Shown here in pieces: positions 22,448 through 33,802 of a stretch of 40,871 bases of DNA. The stretch is from Octopus bimaculoides (lineage: Eukaryota). Position numbers and translations under genes: made by a program. The notes under the pieces were generated by a model, which was given only the letters and a program-made list of their open reading frames with translations, was not told where the DNA came from and searched no databases. Position 1 is the stretch's first letter. Every line of letters begins with the position of its first letter. The stretch lies in the NCBI RefSeq assembly GCF_001194135.2, contig NC_068984.1, positions 123,764,808 to 123,805,678 on the forward strand. Direction: 5' to 3'.

Positions 22448-23139
22448 ATACACACACACTTCCATACATGGCGAGAGAGAAAGACTAGGTGTTTAAAAAC
22501 AAGTACTAGTGTTGATTTGTTTAAAGTGATATCCCAGTATCACTGGAGTTCAATAGCGAAAGCGAGTAAAACATTAAAGGAATCTACTCCTTTTAAATCG
22601 TGAATAAATCTAAGTTTATTCGGTTTCTACACAAATACATTCATTATTCTAAGTCTAAATTGCAATCCAACGCTAAACTCTAACATAACTACTAGAAATA
22701 TATCTTGTGTAAAGTGCTTTGCACAAATCTAAATGGATCTGCATATATAAGTAGGCACACTCATATATGTACACACACAGACACAGACAGATACACACAC
22801 TCACACACACACATGTATATATATATATATATATATATNNNNNNNNNNNNNNNNNNNNNNNNNNNNNNNNNNNNNNNNNNNNNNNNNNNNNNNNNNNNNN
22901 NNNNNNNNNNNNNNNNNNNNNNNNNNNNNNNNNNNNNNNNNNNNNNNNNNNNNNNNNNNNNNNNNNNNNNNNNNNNNNNNNNNNNNNNNNNNNNNNNNNN
23001 NNNNNNNNNNNNNNNNNNNNNNNNNNNNNNNNNNNNNNNNNNNNNNNNNNNNNNNNNNNNNNNNNNNNNNNNNNNNNNNNNNNNNNNNNNNNNNNNNNNN
23101 NNNNNNNNNNNNNNNNNNNNNNNNNNNNNNNNNNNNNNN

Positions 23140-23191
<52 letters not shown>

Positions 23192-23257
23192 TTTTTAAAT
23201 TCAGAATGAGATAAAAAACCAAGGCTGTGAAGATTTTAGAACATTTATAAATAGAAG

Positions 23258-23305
23258 GTCTTACAGCTGTTTCCAGGATATTTATTATATCCCTTCATCA
23301 GAAAC
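23258..23305 (-). ncRNA. Minimal type I hammerhead ribozyme (Penelope/retrozyme-like)
   Basis: Minus strand GUUU-CUGAUGA-A-GGGAUA-UAAUAAA-UAUCCU-G-GAAA-C-AGCU-GUA^AGAC: both core boxes, 6-pair stem II, palindromic loop III and 4-pair stem I. Confidence 0.7.
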
Positions 23306-23467
23306 GGTGTGAGAGAATGGTTAAGCAATAGTTAATTTAGATAAGATACGAAATAGAGAGTGAAGTGTAGGAATGAAAATAGATGTGAGATATGCCGGGA
23401 TATTGCATTTGTAGATCCATTATTTAGGCAGAATGGTATACATATAAGATTCGAATAACTTGTGAGT

Positions 23468-23570
23468 AAATTCCAATAATATTTAAGATTGGTCACTCCA
23501 AGTATAGAGTTTGTACACTGTGTACAAACTCTATACTTGGAGTGACCAATTTTAAATACTATTGGAATTT
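23468..23570. repeat. 103-bp near-perfect palindrome (51-bp arms, 1-nt spacer)
   Basis: Arm 23468-23518 matches the reverse complement of 23520-23570 at 49/51. Confidence 0.95.
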
Positions 23571-23769
23571 GCATGTTAAGTGAAAATCGGCAGCCAACCG
23601 ATGATACATTTTGACGGCAGGGTGCATGAAAATTCGTTATTAGCGATGGAAGCAGCATTAGTTCAAATTAGCTTATGTGTATATTATACTTGATCCCATC
23701 TGCCATTACTTTAATTTTCATAAATATATGAACAATCTGACGCTCATATTGGTAGATTGTAGACCAATA

Positions 23770-23816
23770 CAGTCATCTGATTGATCGAACACTCGTGAAA
23801 CTTAAAGTAACGGTAA
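23770..23816 (+). ncRNA. Decayed type I hammerhead-like motif
   Basis: cagtcat-CTGAtTGA-tcg-aacact-cgt-GAAAC-ttaaa-GTA^acggt: 1-nt insertion in the core, weak stems I and II. Confidence 0.4.
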
Positions 23817-24249
23817 AAGTCACCAATAGAGTAAATTATACTATACACTCTATACCCTGTATTGAGCACTTTGTGTTTTATTCGTATGTATATATGCGTG
23901 TGTGAGTATGTATATGTGTGTGTGAGTATGTATGTGTGTGCTTTGAGTACTTTGTGTTTTATTCGTTTCAAGCAACATTAGTATAAGTGTATATATGTGT
24001 ATATGCGTGTGGGTGAGTATGCGGGTGTGTGCTTGTGTGTGTGTGTGTGTGTGTATGTGTGTGTAGAACAATATATTATATTCAGGATTTGCTAAATTCA
24101 AAATATAATTCGCGAGGCACATAATGAGCCAGCGATTTGATTTCAATTCCTCAATAAAGTCACAACTCTTCACGTTACGGTTAACAGACGCCGTTCGATT
24201 TAATTTCCTTCAACATTCGAGAGCATTTTAACGAAGAACCGGATACTAG

Positions 24250-24488
24250 TATAACTTGGCGGTGGTGATGATGGTGGGGGTGGGGGTGGTAGTGGCGGTG
24301 ATGGAGAAGATGATTGACAATGACAACGAGGATGTCGACGACGATTGTAATGAAGATGATGATGATGATGATGATGATGATGACGATGATGATGATGACA
24401 AATGTGATGCTGATAATGAATGCGTTGATGCTGATGATGGATGTGATGATGATGATGATGCTAATGATGGTAATGGTGATGAAGACAC

Positions 24489-24524
<36 letters not shown>

Positions 24525-24589
24525 GGTGATGATAGACATAATGACGACGACGACGACGACGATGATGATAATGACGATGATGACGGTGA

Positions 24590-24631
<42 letters not shown>

Positions 24632-24813
24632 CGATGACGATGATGATGATGATGACGATGATGATGATGATGATGATGATGGTCACGATAGTCATAATGA
24701 CAACAACGACGACGACGACGAGAATACGATGACGATGATGCTGATGGTGATGTCGATGGTGATGAGGGTATTGACTGAAGTGATGGAGCTAATGCTGCTG
24801 TTGCTGCTGCTGG

Positions 24814-24849
<36 letters not shown>

Positions 24850-25187
24850 CGACAACAACGACAACAACAACGAAGATGACGATTATGATGATATTGATGA
24901 TGATGACAATGGTGATGGCTGTGATGGTGATGATAATTATTAAGGTGATACAGATGCTAATTATTATGATAATTATCATGGTAATTGTTATGATATTGAA
25001 TGTTGCTGCTTTTAGAGCTTGCGCTGTTGATGATGAAAATTGATAACTGATGATGATGATGATGATGATGATGACAGCGATGACGACGACGACGACGACG
25101 ATGATAATGATGATGATGATGATGACCACGACGACAAAGACGACGATGATGACAATAATGTTGTTGATGGTGATGATGATGATATGT

Positions 25188-25243
<56 letters not shown>

Positions 25244-25252
25244 TTGATGTGG

Positions 25253-25284
<32 letters not shown>

Positions 25285-25318
25285 GATGATGATGATGGTG
25301 GTGGTGATGATGATGTTG

Positions 25319-25350
<32 letters not shown>

Positions 25351-25701
25351 GATGATGGTGGTGGTGATGATGATGATAATGATGATGATGATGATGGTGA
25401 TGGCGATAATGACGGTGGTGGTGGTGGTGGNNNNNNNNNNNNNNNNNNNNNNNNNNNNNNNNNNNNNNNNNNNNNNNNNNNNNNNNNNNNNNNNNNNNNN
25501 NNNNNNNNNNNNNNNNNNNNNNNNNNNNNNNNNNNNNNNNNNNNNNNNNNNNNNNNNNNNNNNNNNNNNNNNNNNNNNNNNNNNNNNNNNNNNNNNNNNN
25601 NNNNNNNNNNNNNNNNNNNNNNNNNNNNNNNNNNNNNGATGATGATGATGGTGATGATGGTGATGATGATGATGATGATGGTGGTGGTGATGATGATGGA
25701 G

Positions 25702-25733
<32 letters not shown>

Positions 25734-26025
25734 GATGATGGTGATGGCGATAATGACGGTGGTGGTGGTGGTGGGGAGGAGGAGGAGGAGGAGGACGGAG
25801 AGAAGGATTGGTGGTGCTGTTGCTGCTAGTGCAGCTGGCGCTGCTGCTCCTGCTGCTGCGGATTGATTGAATATTGGCGTTATTGTCGTCGTGGCGCTGG
25901 TGATAGTGGTGTTGATGGTGGTGTTGATGGCGGTTGTTATGGTGGTAGTGGTTGTAGTTGTTGTTGTTGTTGTGGTGGTGGTGGTGGTGGTGGTGGTTGC
26001 AGTGGTGGTGGTGTTGATGATAATG
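24250..26025. repeat. ~1.8-kb compound trinucleotide field (GAT/GAC/GGT/GTT)n with an internal gap
   Basis: Directly visible; gives homopolymeric peptides in all frames. Confidence 0.95.
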
Positions 26026-26086
26026 ATAAAGTGAACTCAAGTCGGTTTACAAGTATTAGTGTAGAGTTTTTAATGGAAGAGAAGAG

Positions 26087-26144
26087 ATTGGTTGCTAGCT
26101 ATGACGTCACTTCCTTCCGATGCAGTTTTCCGTTCCGCCAGCTG
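26087..26144. promoter_or_regulatory. Candidate cis-regulatory island: CCAAT box + CRE + ETS cores + E-box
   Basis: ATTGG 26087-26091; TGACGTCA 26102-26109 overlapping CACTTCC 26108-26114; TTCCG at 26115, 26128 and 26133; CAGCTG 26139-26144. Motif evidence only. Confidence 0.35.
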
Positions 26145-26789
26145 TTGGGAACGGTGCAATGTTTAACGCTAATGCACTTCTAACAGTATGTAGAAGTGTA
26201 CTTTTATATTCTGAATCACCCTTCTGTATGAGTGTGGTTATAATATATATATATATGTGTGTGTTTGCGTGTGTGTGTGTGTGTGAATGTGTGTGTGTAC
26301 GTGAGTGTGTTTGTGTGTGTGAACGTGCGTCTGTTGAGGTAATGTGAAGACGGTTCTCATGTGTGGGTATGTTTGTATTTATGAGTGTGTATTCATGTGT
26401 GTATGTATGTGTGTGTATGTTTGTATGTAAGTATGAATGAATATATGTATGTTTGTGTGTATGTAGTTATATATGTATATGTGTGTGCCTGTGCATGTAT
26501 GTATTTATGCATGCATGTAAGCATGTATGTATGTGTGTATGTATGTATGTATGTATGTATGTAGGTATGTGTACATGTGTGTGTGTGTGTATGAATGAAT
26601 GTATGTATGTGTACATGTGTGCATCTATGAATATGTTTATGCATCTATATAGGCATGAGTGTATGTGTGTGTATTTGTGTAAGGGAAGTGATTATTCTGC
26701 TGCGTGTGTGTGTGTGTATGTGTTTGTGCATGCATGTGTATGTTTGTGCACTTGTGTGTGATTGATTGTATGTTTCTGTATGAGTGATG

Positions 26790-26892
26790 TAGCAGTGAGT
26801 GACAGAATCGATAAACCCTTAAGAACAAATTATTCCTTTTAGCTTGTAACTTAGTCCCTTTGCGTTCTATGTTCAAATCCCACCATGTCCGA
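26790..26892 (+). mobile_element. Diverged SINE family C head
   Basis: gcagtgagtgacagaatcgata...gcgttctatgttcaaatcccaccatgtccga. Confidence 0.5.
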
Positions 26893-27866
26893 GCGAGCAA
26901 CTTATCTCCTCCACGTTCGATAACATACACGCACCTGTCCTTTACTGGGCTTCATTGAATCAACCATAACCGTCCCTCTCCACGTGCATATTGTTGTTGG
27001 TGGTGGTGGAGTTGTTTAACCCCCAGTCAGCCATGATGGAGCTGAAATTTAACCAAAGGCACTTAATTTCCAGGCATGACCATCCCACACGAAAATCTTT
27101 CTCGAAATCCAGAAATATATTTAATGTGAAATAAATCGATTTTAATTGTGGAATTCGAAGTAGATAAAGCTATAAATAATACCGTGTGGAATACGCGGTA
27201 AAAAAAAAAAAAGACTCTTGGATGGAAAAGGTCGAAGGCTTCCGGTTGGATATGAATCCACATGTATTGCAGTTATGACAGACGTTCTACCATAATACCA
27301 AAACAATTTTTTGTATTTTCTCCATCCACTTTCGAAGCTTTACCTAGTACGTGTTTATCCGTTAAAAACGATGTATTGCACGCCTCTCAAAGTCTTTAAA
27401 CTCTTTTGATATATAATGTATTTTGTTTTTGAGATGACTGGGTTGATTTAAGGTGGATTTAGCTGCTGTGTCTTACAGGTCAAGCAACTTAGCTCGCCTT
27501 CAAATATGTGTGATTGCGTGATAGTATGAGAAATTACAGGAGTGTTGCAGAATGGCAGAAAATATTGAGTAGCAGACGAGATAAACTTTGCGAAATTTAT
27601 ATACTTATTTAATGTAAGATGCAAGGGGTAGTAGCTAAGATGTTGCTCAATATCGAAACGTCAAATTTGTCTTCTACCCACAAGATAATGGATTGTCCAA
27701 CTCACGAAACGCATTTTACAACGCAATATCATTTTACATATTAAATTTTACCAATTGACAGCCTAATCACGCTGAAAGCACAGGAGTTAAGCAAAGATCA
27801 GCCTAGATTATAATTAGATGAGTGAACGGTTAGGAAATGTAGGTGGAGTAGGTGTTTCATTTTGTA

Positions 27867-28259
27867 GGTGCAGCGGCTGTGTGATTAAGAAGCTTGCTTC
27901 CCAACCACATGGTTCCGGCTTCAATCTCACTGCGTGGTACCTCGGGCAACTCTCTTCTACTATGGCTTCGGACCGACCAAAGCCTTATAAGTGAATTTGG
28001 TAGACGGAAACTGAAAGAAACCCGTTATATATATATATGTCTGTGTGTTTGTGTTTGTCCCCCCAGCATTGCTTGGCAACCGATGTTAGTGTGTTTACGT
28101 TCCCGTAACTTGGCGGTTCCACAAAGGACTCCGATAGAATAAATACTAGGCTTACAAAGAATAAGTCCTGGGGTCGATTTGTTCAACTAAAAGCGGTCCT
28201 CCAGCATGGCCGCAATAAAAATGACTGAAACAAGTAAAAGAATAAAAGAATAAATGAAT
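27867..28259 (+). mobile_element. SINE family A, full length
   Basis: Colinear with 9971-10420. Confidence 0.9.
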
Positions 28260-29022
28260 ATATATATATATATATATATATATTGAGAGAGAGAGAGAGA
28301 GAGAGNNNNNNNNNNNNNNNNNNNNNNNNNNNNNNNNNNNNNNNNNNNNNNNNNNNNNNNNNNNNNNNNNNNNNNNNNNNNNNNNNNNNNNNNNNNNNNN
28401 NNNNNNNNNNNNNNNNNNNNNNNNNNNNNNNNNNNNNNNNNNNNNNNNNNNNNNNNNNNNNNNNNNNNNNNNNNNNNNNNNNNNNNNNNNNNNNNNNNNN
28501 NNNNNNNNNNNNNNNNNNNNNNNNNNNNNNNNNNNNNNNNNNNNNNNNNNNNNNNNNNNNNNNNNNNNNNNNNNNNNNNNNNNNNNNNNNNNNNNNNNNN
28601 NNNNNNNNNNNNNNNNNNNNNNNNNNNNNNNNNNNNNNNNNNNNNNNNNNNNNNNNNNNNNNNNNNNNNNNNNNNNNNNNNNNNNNNNNNNNNNNNNNNN
28701 NNNNNNNNNNNNNNNNNNNNNNNNNNNNNNNNNNNNNNNNNNNNNNNNNNNNNNNNNNNNNNNNNNNNNNNNNNNNNNNNNNNNNNNNNNNNNNNNNNNN
28801 NNNNNNNNNNNNNNNNNNNNNNNNNNNNNNNNNNNNNNNNNNNNNNNNNNNNNNNNNNNNNNNNNNNNNNNNNNNNNNNNNNNNNNNNNNNNNNNNNNNN
28901 NNNNNNNNNNNNNNNNNNNNNNNNNNNNNNNNNNNNNNNNNNNNNNNNNNNNNNNNNNNNNNNNNNNNNNNNNNNNNNNNNNNNNNNNNNNNNNNNNNNN
29001 NNNNNNNNNNNNNNNNNNNNNN

Positions 29023-29330
29023 AACGTGTAAGTGGCTGAGCACTCCACAGACACGTGTACCCTTAACGTAGTTCTCGGGGGATATTCAGCGTGACACGGT
29101 GTGACAAGTCTGACCCTTTGAATTACAGGCACAACAGAAACAGGAAGTAAGAGTGAGAGAAAGTTGTGGTGAAAGAGTACAACAGGGTTCGCCACCATCC
29201 CCTGCCGGAGCCTCGTGGAACTTCAGGTGTTTTCGCTCAATAAACACTCACAACGCCCGGTCTGGGAATCGAAACCGCGATCCTATGACCGCGAGTCCGC
29301 TGCCCTAACCACTGGGCCATTGCGCCTCCA
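29023..29330 (-). mobile_element. SINE family D, 3' end lost in the gap
   Basis: Highly similar to 15940-16223. Confidence 0.9.
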
Positions 29331-29333
29331 TTA

Positions 29334-29421
29334 CATTCACATTAGCATCCGATAACTTAACATTAACTAGCAGGTATACTTGGATGTATATAAGTCTAAA
29401 GAAACCAAATTGAATAAATAC
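29334..29421 (+). repeat. 88-bp block duplicated at 31396-31483
   Basis: 85/88 identical; both copies directly adjoin a family D head. Confidence 0.9.
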
Positions 29422-30920
29422 ATTAAGCGGTATGTTATTTCTATTTCACATCGAGAATAGCTACAGGTTGTGTTAAGATTAAGCTAAAGTACGTCATATA
29501 TAAACAGAAATGAAAGATAAGCAGAAAATCTTCGACTCATCACAATTTGTAAACGTTGGACAAAATCGATATTAAAGAACGTGTTAACACGTTTCGGAAA
29601 TATCTGGATCAAAGAACATAAAATGAAGCAAGTTCAATATAATTGCTTCCACCAATCAATTAGGCATTATCTTACCATTATCAGGACTAATGGGACAAAT
29701 ATACTGGCGACATAACTTCAATAAATATTATTCTGAAATTAAATAAAAGAAAAAAAAATAGAAAATAAAAGCGATTATAAGCGCCATATCTTGGAATAAA
29801 TAAGTAATTTGGAAAGAAAAAAAAAACGATTTGGAGTTATTAAATTCCTGATTATTCTATATAATTTCCTGGGAATCTTTCTTATCTTGAGAAGAAAAAA
29901 AGAAGCCATCACACATACACACATACACACATACACACACATATACACACATACAGATACAGAAATACATAATTAGGCTCATATATACACATGCACACGA
30001 ACACATATACATACATGCATGCATACATACAAGTATGCATATATGCATACATACATGCATACATACATACATATATACATACAAGCATACATACATGCAT
30101 ACGTGCATGCATGCATACATACATATATACATAATACATACATACATATATGCATGCATGCATACATACATACATACATACATACATACATACACTTTCT
30201 CTCTCTCTCACAGACACACACACACACACACTCATACACACACGTACACATACGAACCAAGTCAAGTGCATTATTGTGTGGCGAACAAATGAATTCGCTT
30301 ATTGGCCAACAAGAACTACAAGAACTACAACAGCAACAACAAAATCAACAACAACAGAAACAACATCAATAACAACAACAATAATAATTGTAGCAAAAAC
30401 CGTCAACAGCAGCATTCACAGCGGTTTCATTGATAGAAACAACAACAGTTANNNNNNNNNNNNNNNNNNNNNNNNNNNNNNNNNNNNNNNNNNNNNNNNN
30501 NNNNNNNNNNNNNNNNNNNNNNNNNNNNNNNNNNNNNNNNNNNNNNNNNNNNNNNNNNNNNNNNNNNNNNNNNNNNNNNNNNNNNNNNNNNNNNNNNNNN
30601 NNNNNNNNNNNNNNNNNNNNNNNNNNNNNNNNNNNNNNNNNNNNNNNNNNNNNNNNNNNNNNNNNNNNNNNNNNNNNNNNNNNNNNNNNNNNNNNNNNNN
30701 NNNNNNNNNNNNNNNNNNNNNNNNNNNNNNNNNNNNNNNNNNNNNNNNNNNNNNNNNNNNNNNNNNNNNNNNNNNNNNNNNNNNNNNNNNNNNNNNNNNN
30801 NNNNNNNNNNNNNNNNNNNNNNNNNNNNNNNNNNNNNNNNNNNNNNNNNNNNNNNNNNNNNNNNNNNNNNNNNNNNNNNNNNNNNNNNNNNNNNNNNNNN
30901 NNNNNNNNNNNNNNNNNNNA

Positions 30921-31045
30921 TGGCCGCAGTCAAATGACTGAAACAAGTAAAAGAGTAAAAAGAGAGAGTAATGCCAACAGGAAGAGGAAGAAGAAGAAGA
31001 AGAAGAAGAAGAAGAAGAAGAAGAAGAAGAAGAAGAAGAAGAAGA
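30921..31045 (+). repeat. SINE family A 3' end followed by an (AAG)n tract
   Basis: tggccgcagtcaaatgactgaaacaagtaaaagag, then (gaa)n. Confidence 0.85.
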
Positions 31046-31194
31046 AGAAGAAGAAGAAGAAGAGCAACAATAACAACAATAACAACACTCAGCTTCCCAT
31101 ATTTTTATTTGTGCGGAGACCAAGGATGTATTGATGAACTTCATACAGAAACCCAATCATAACAATAGACGGGATTGAAAAAAGTTAATTCCCA

Positions 31195-31395
31195 AAACAA
31201 AATCAGGAAGAAAGAGTGAGAGAAAGTTGGGGCGAAAGAGTACAATAGGGGTCGCCACCACCTCCTGCCGGAGCCTCGTGGAGCTTTAGGTGTTTTCGCT
31301 CAATAAACACACACAACGCCCGGTCTGGGAATCGAAACCGCGATCCTCGGACAGCGAGTCCGCTGCCCTAACCACCAAAAACACTGAGCCATACG
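31195..31395 (-). mobile_element. SINE family D 5' part, variant subfamily
   Basis: Aligns to 29135-29330 with diagnostic differences, e.g. cctcggacagcgag versus cctatgaccgcgag. Confidence 0.85.
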
Positions 31396-31671
31396 CATTC
31401 ACATTAGCATCGGATAACGTAACATTAACTAGCAGGTATACTTGGATGTATATAAGTCTAAAGAAACCAAACTGAATAAATACAAAAATAAGCTATGAGA
31501 TTTTTTTCCACACCAGAGTATATATTTGTGTTTTTCAACTAAATTTATTACACTGAAACCAGAATCACAGGAGGTGATTCTGATGCGAAAGGAAGAAAAT
31601 CTAATAGAGATCACACATCCAGCTCATTTGCAGAAAATCGTTTGTCCCAAAGCTTGTACTAACTTGTAAAA

Positions 31672-32090
31672 ATATCCATCCACTATCCCAAGCAGAGTCG
31701 TGGAGATAGAGTACTGAAGCACCTCTTCCACAGGATTTCCGGTTGAATTCCTAAACCTGACCAACTGAGGCTATGGATATTATCTAACCATCTCGTTCTC
31801 CTGCCGTTGGCTTGGCTTGAAGAAACTGTCTTGCGAATCTTTCCTGTCATACTCTAATCACATCTCCGTGGTACCGGAGATATGACCTCTCGATGCAGAA
31901 AAGTAGGGGCTCGACCTGAAGAGACTTTTTGATTTTCCAGCCATGCATTCTGTTATTTAACATTACACCATTTCCGCTGCTTGTATTTGCGAGTGAATTC
32001 TCTCGGTCATTATCCAACATTTATGACCATGTGATATTTGTAATTCAGTAAGTATCACCGAAACGTTTTCTCTGTTAGCATTTAGCGATT
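31672..32090 (-). mobile_element. RTE-clade (Rex3/Expander-like) LINE 3' remnant
   Basis: Translations GHKCWIMTERIHSQIQAAEM, SLQVEPLLFCIERSYLRYHGDVIR..ARQFLQAKPT and WLDNIHSLSWSGLGIQPE match the RTE ORF C-terminus; ends in ggatggat. Confidence 0.85.
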
Positions 32091-32399
32091 GAATCATTAT
32101 ATTTATTTTCGTCTGGTTAGGCTTCCTTGCTTCATGCTCTTGCATGATGGGGCTGGTGTCGTTCCAAGTTACTGGTCCTAGAGGCGTCATCATGTGTAGA
32201 GCCAACCAGGTCCACCAGTGCTCACCATCGCTGGCGGCCACGTGCCGTCCCCTCTTATCTATCTAGATCATAATTTTGCACTGGTGCCTTGAAGTTCAAA
32301 TGTCATAAACAACCCCCACTACCCTATGACCTACTCGAATTACAGACATAATTCTTTATATTCAACTAATTCCTTTTATAATCGATTCTGTATTGCAAT

Positions 32400-32960
32400 T
32401 TCCTACAAAAACTGCTTATGGTGTTTTCAAAAGCTTTTTCTTGAACTTAAAATATAGGACAGGCAGTTTGCTATTAGAAACATCTGTATTTTCCTCAACA
32501 ATTAATCTATGGTATTTTGATTGTCGAATCTTTGACATAATTTCTGAGTGGATGACGCTATTTATTGATTCTACCAACTGGAATGTGTAGATTTTACTAT
32601 GCCAACCTGTTGACAAAGGTACATATTCAGTCATAAAATCATTTATACATTGTACAAAGTTCATTGAAGCATTTATTTATATTATAGGCAGCATATGGTC
32701 TATGAGAACCTTTACTTCATTTGCTTTCGAAGCTTTTATTTCCTTTGCCTCTAGTCTCACTTTATTTGAAACTCCCTCAAAAGTACTTTTAATGGTTGAA
32801 TAATCCTATTTCTATGAATTTCGATGGCAGAAACATGATGCTTCTATTATAAATGGCTTTTCAGGTAATCCAATCTCTTGCTCTTAATGTATATTTTGTC
32901 TGCAGTAGTCACGTTAGAAACTTTTGCTTCACTAAAAATTTTATAGATTAAATCTTAATT
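32400..32960 (-). mobile_element. hAT-type transposase remnant
   Basis: IHSEIMSKIRQSKYHRLIVEENTDVSNSKLPVLYFKF resembles the first catalytic DESTD block; an upstream LDYLKSHL**KHHVSA near 32826-32875 resembles a TTF-type zinc-finger tail. Confidence 0.6.
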
Positions 32961-33738
32961 TTCATTGTATTGGAAAATTTCTTTCAATTGAATAAACGTA
33001 CAATTTTGTTTTTTTTATTTTAGTATTTCTACTTCAACTTTTGTGTTAAGACTTTTTCTAACAGTACTTAAGATTCATACCATTATTTTCTTTTTGTATT
33101 TCTGCGTTGCTATCAATATGGTTCATTTGATTGACTATTAAGCCTATATATATAGTTACTGTGTTGGAAAGTAAAAATATATGGTTGTTAACCATTTCAA
33201 AATTTTGTTCACATAAAGATTACATCACTGGACATTATTTTGATAAATTCTAATAAAACTCAGTTGGGAAAGGCAGTATAATTCTCACAATTTTCGTTCA
33301 TTATTTTCATTAATCTCATTCTGCACTTGTATATTTTACGGGTCAGTTGGTTTCCATCGTCTCATGAAAGGTTCGCGTATGATTTCACTTTCTCTTTGCA
33401 TCCCTGGCATAATGAGACTTTTCAGTGAGGCGAGAATTAATTTATTATAGGTACGTGAGAACCAAGAATTTTATGTTATCTACCTATCTATCTGTCTGTC
33501 TGTCTGTCTGTTTGACTGTTTGACTGTCTGGCTGTCTGTCTGCCTGTCAGTCAGTCTGTCAATGAATTTATATATATATATGCGTGAGTATACATATATA
33601 CATATATGTGTGTGTGTGTTTGCGTGCGTGTGTGTGCTTGCGTGCGTATGTGTGTGTCTGTGTGCGTGTGCGTGTGCGTGTGTTTCTGTGTGTGTTTATA
33701 AATATACACACACACACACTCACATATAGAGAGAAATG

Positions 33739-33802
33739 ATTTAATCCATAATCGTTAGCCTAACAAAATATATTTTGTTTGACTAATGATCATGGATTAA
33801 AT
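33739..33802. repeat. 64-bp imperfect palindrome
   Basis: 32 positions per arm: 28 Watson-Crick pairs, 1 G-T, 3 mismatches; centre between 33770 and 33771. Confidence 0.85.

Noticed and set aside
25381-25780. Identical gatggtgatggcgataatgacggtggtggt block on both sides of a gap
   Set aside because: Most likely an unmerged contig overlap rather than a real duplication.
24181-26183. Poly-D, poly-M, poly-H and poly-I ORFs
   Set aside because: Trinucleotide repeats lack stops in several frames on both strands; no complex domain or splice context.
27631-27668. Hammerhead-like ctaaGATG..TATC-GAAAC-GTC
   Set aside because: The first core box is defective and no stem I can be formed.
29578-29593. 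16-bp perfect palindrome aacgtgttaacacgtt
   Set aside because: Short and isolated, with no supporting context.
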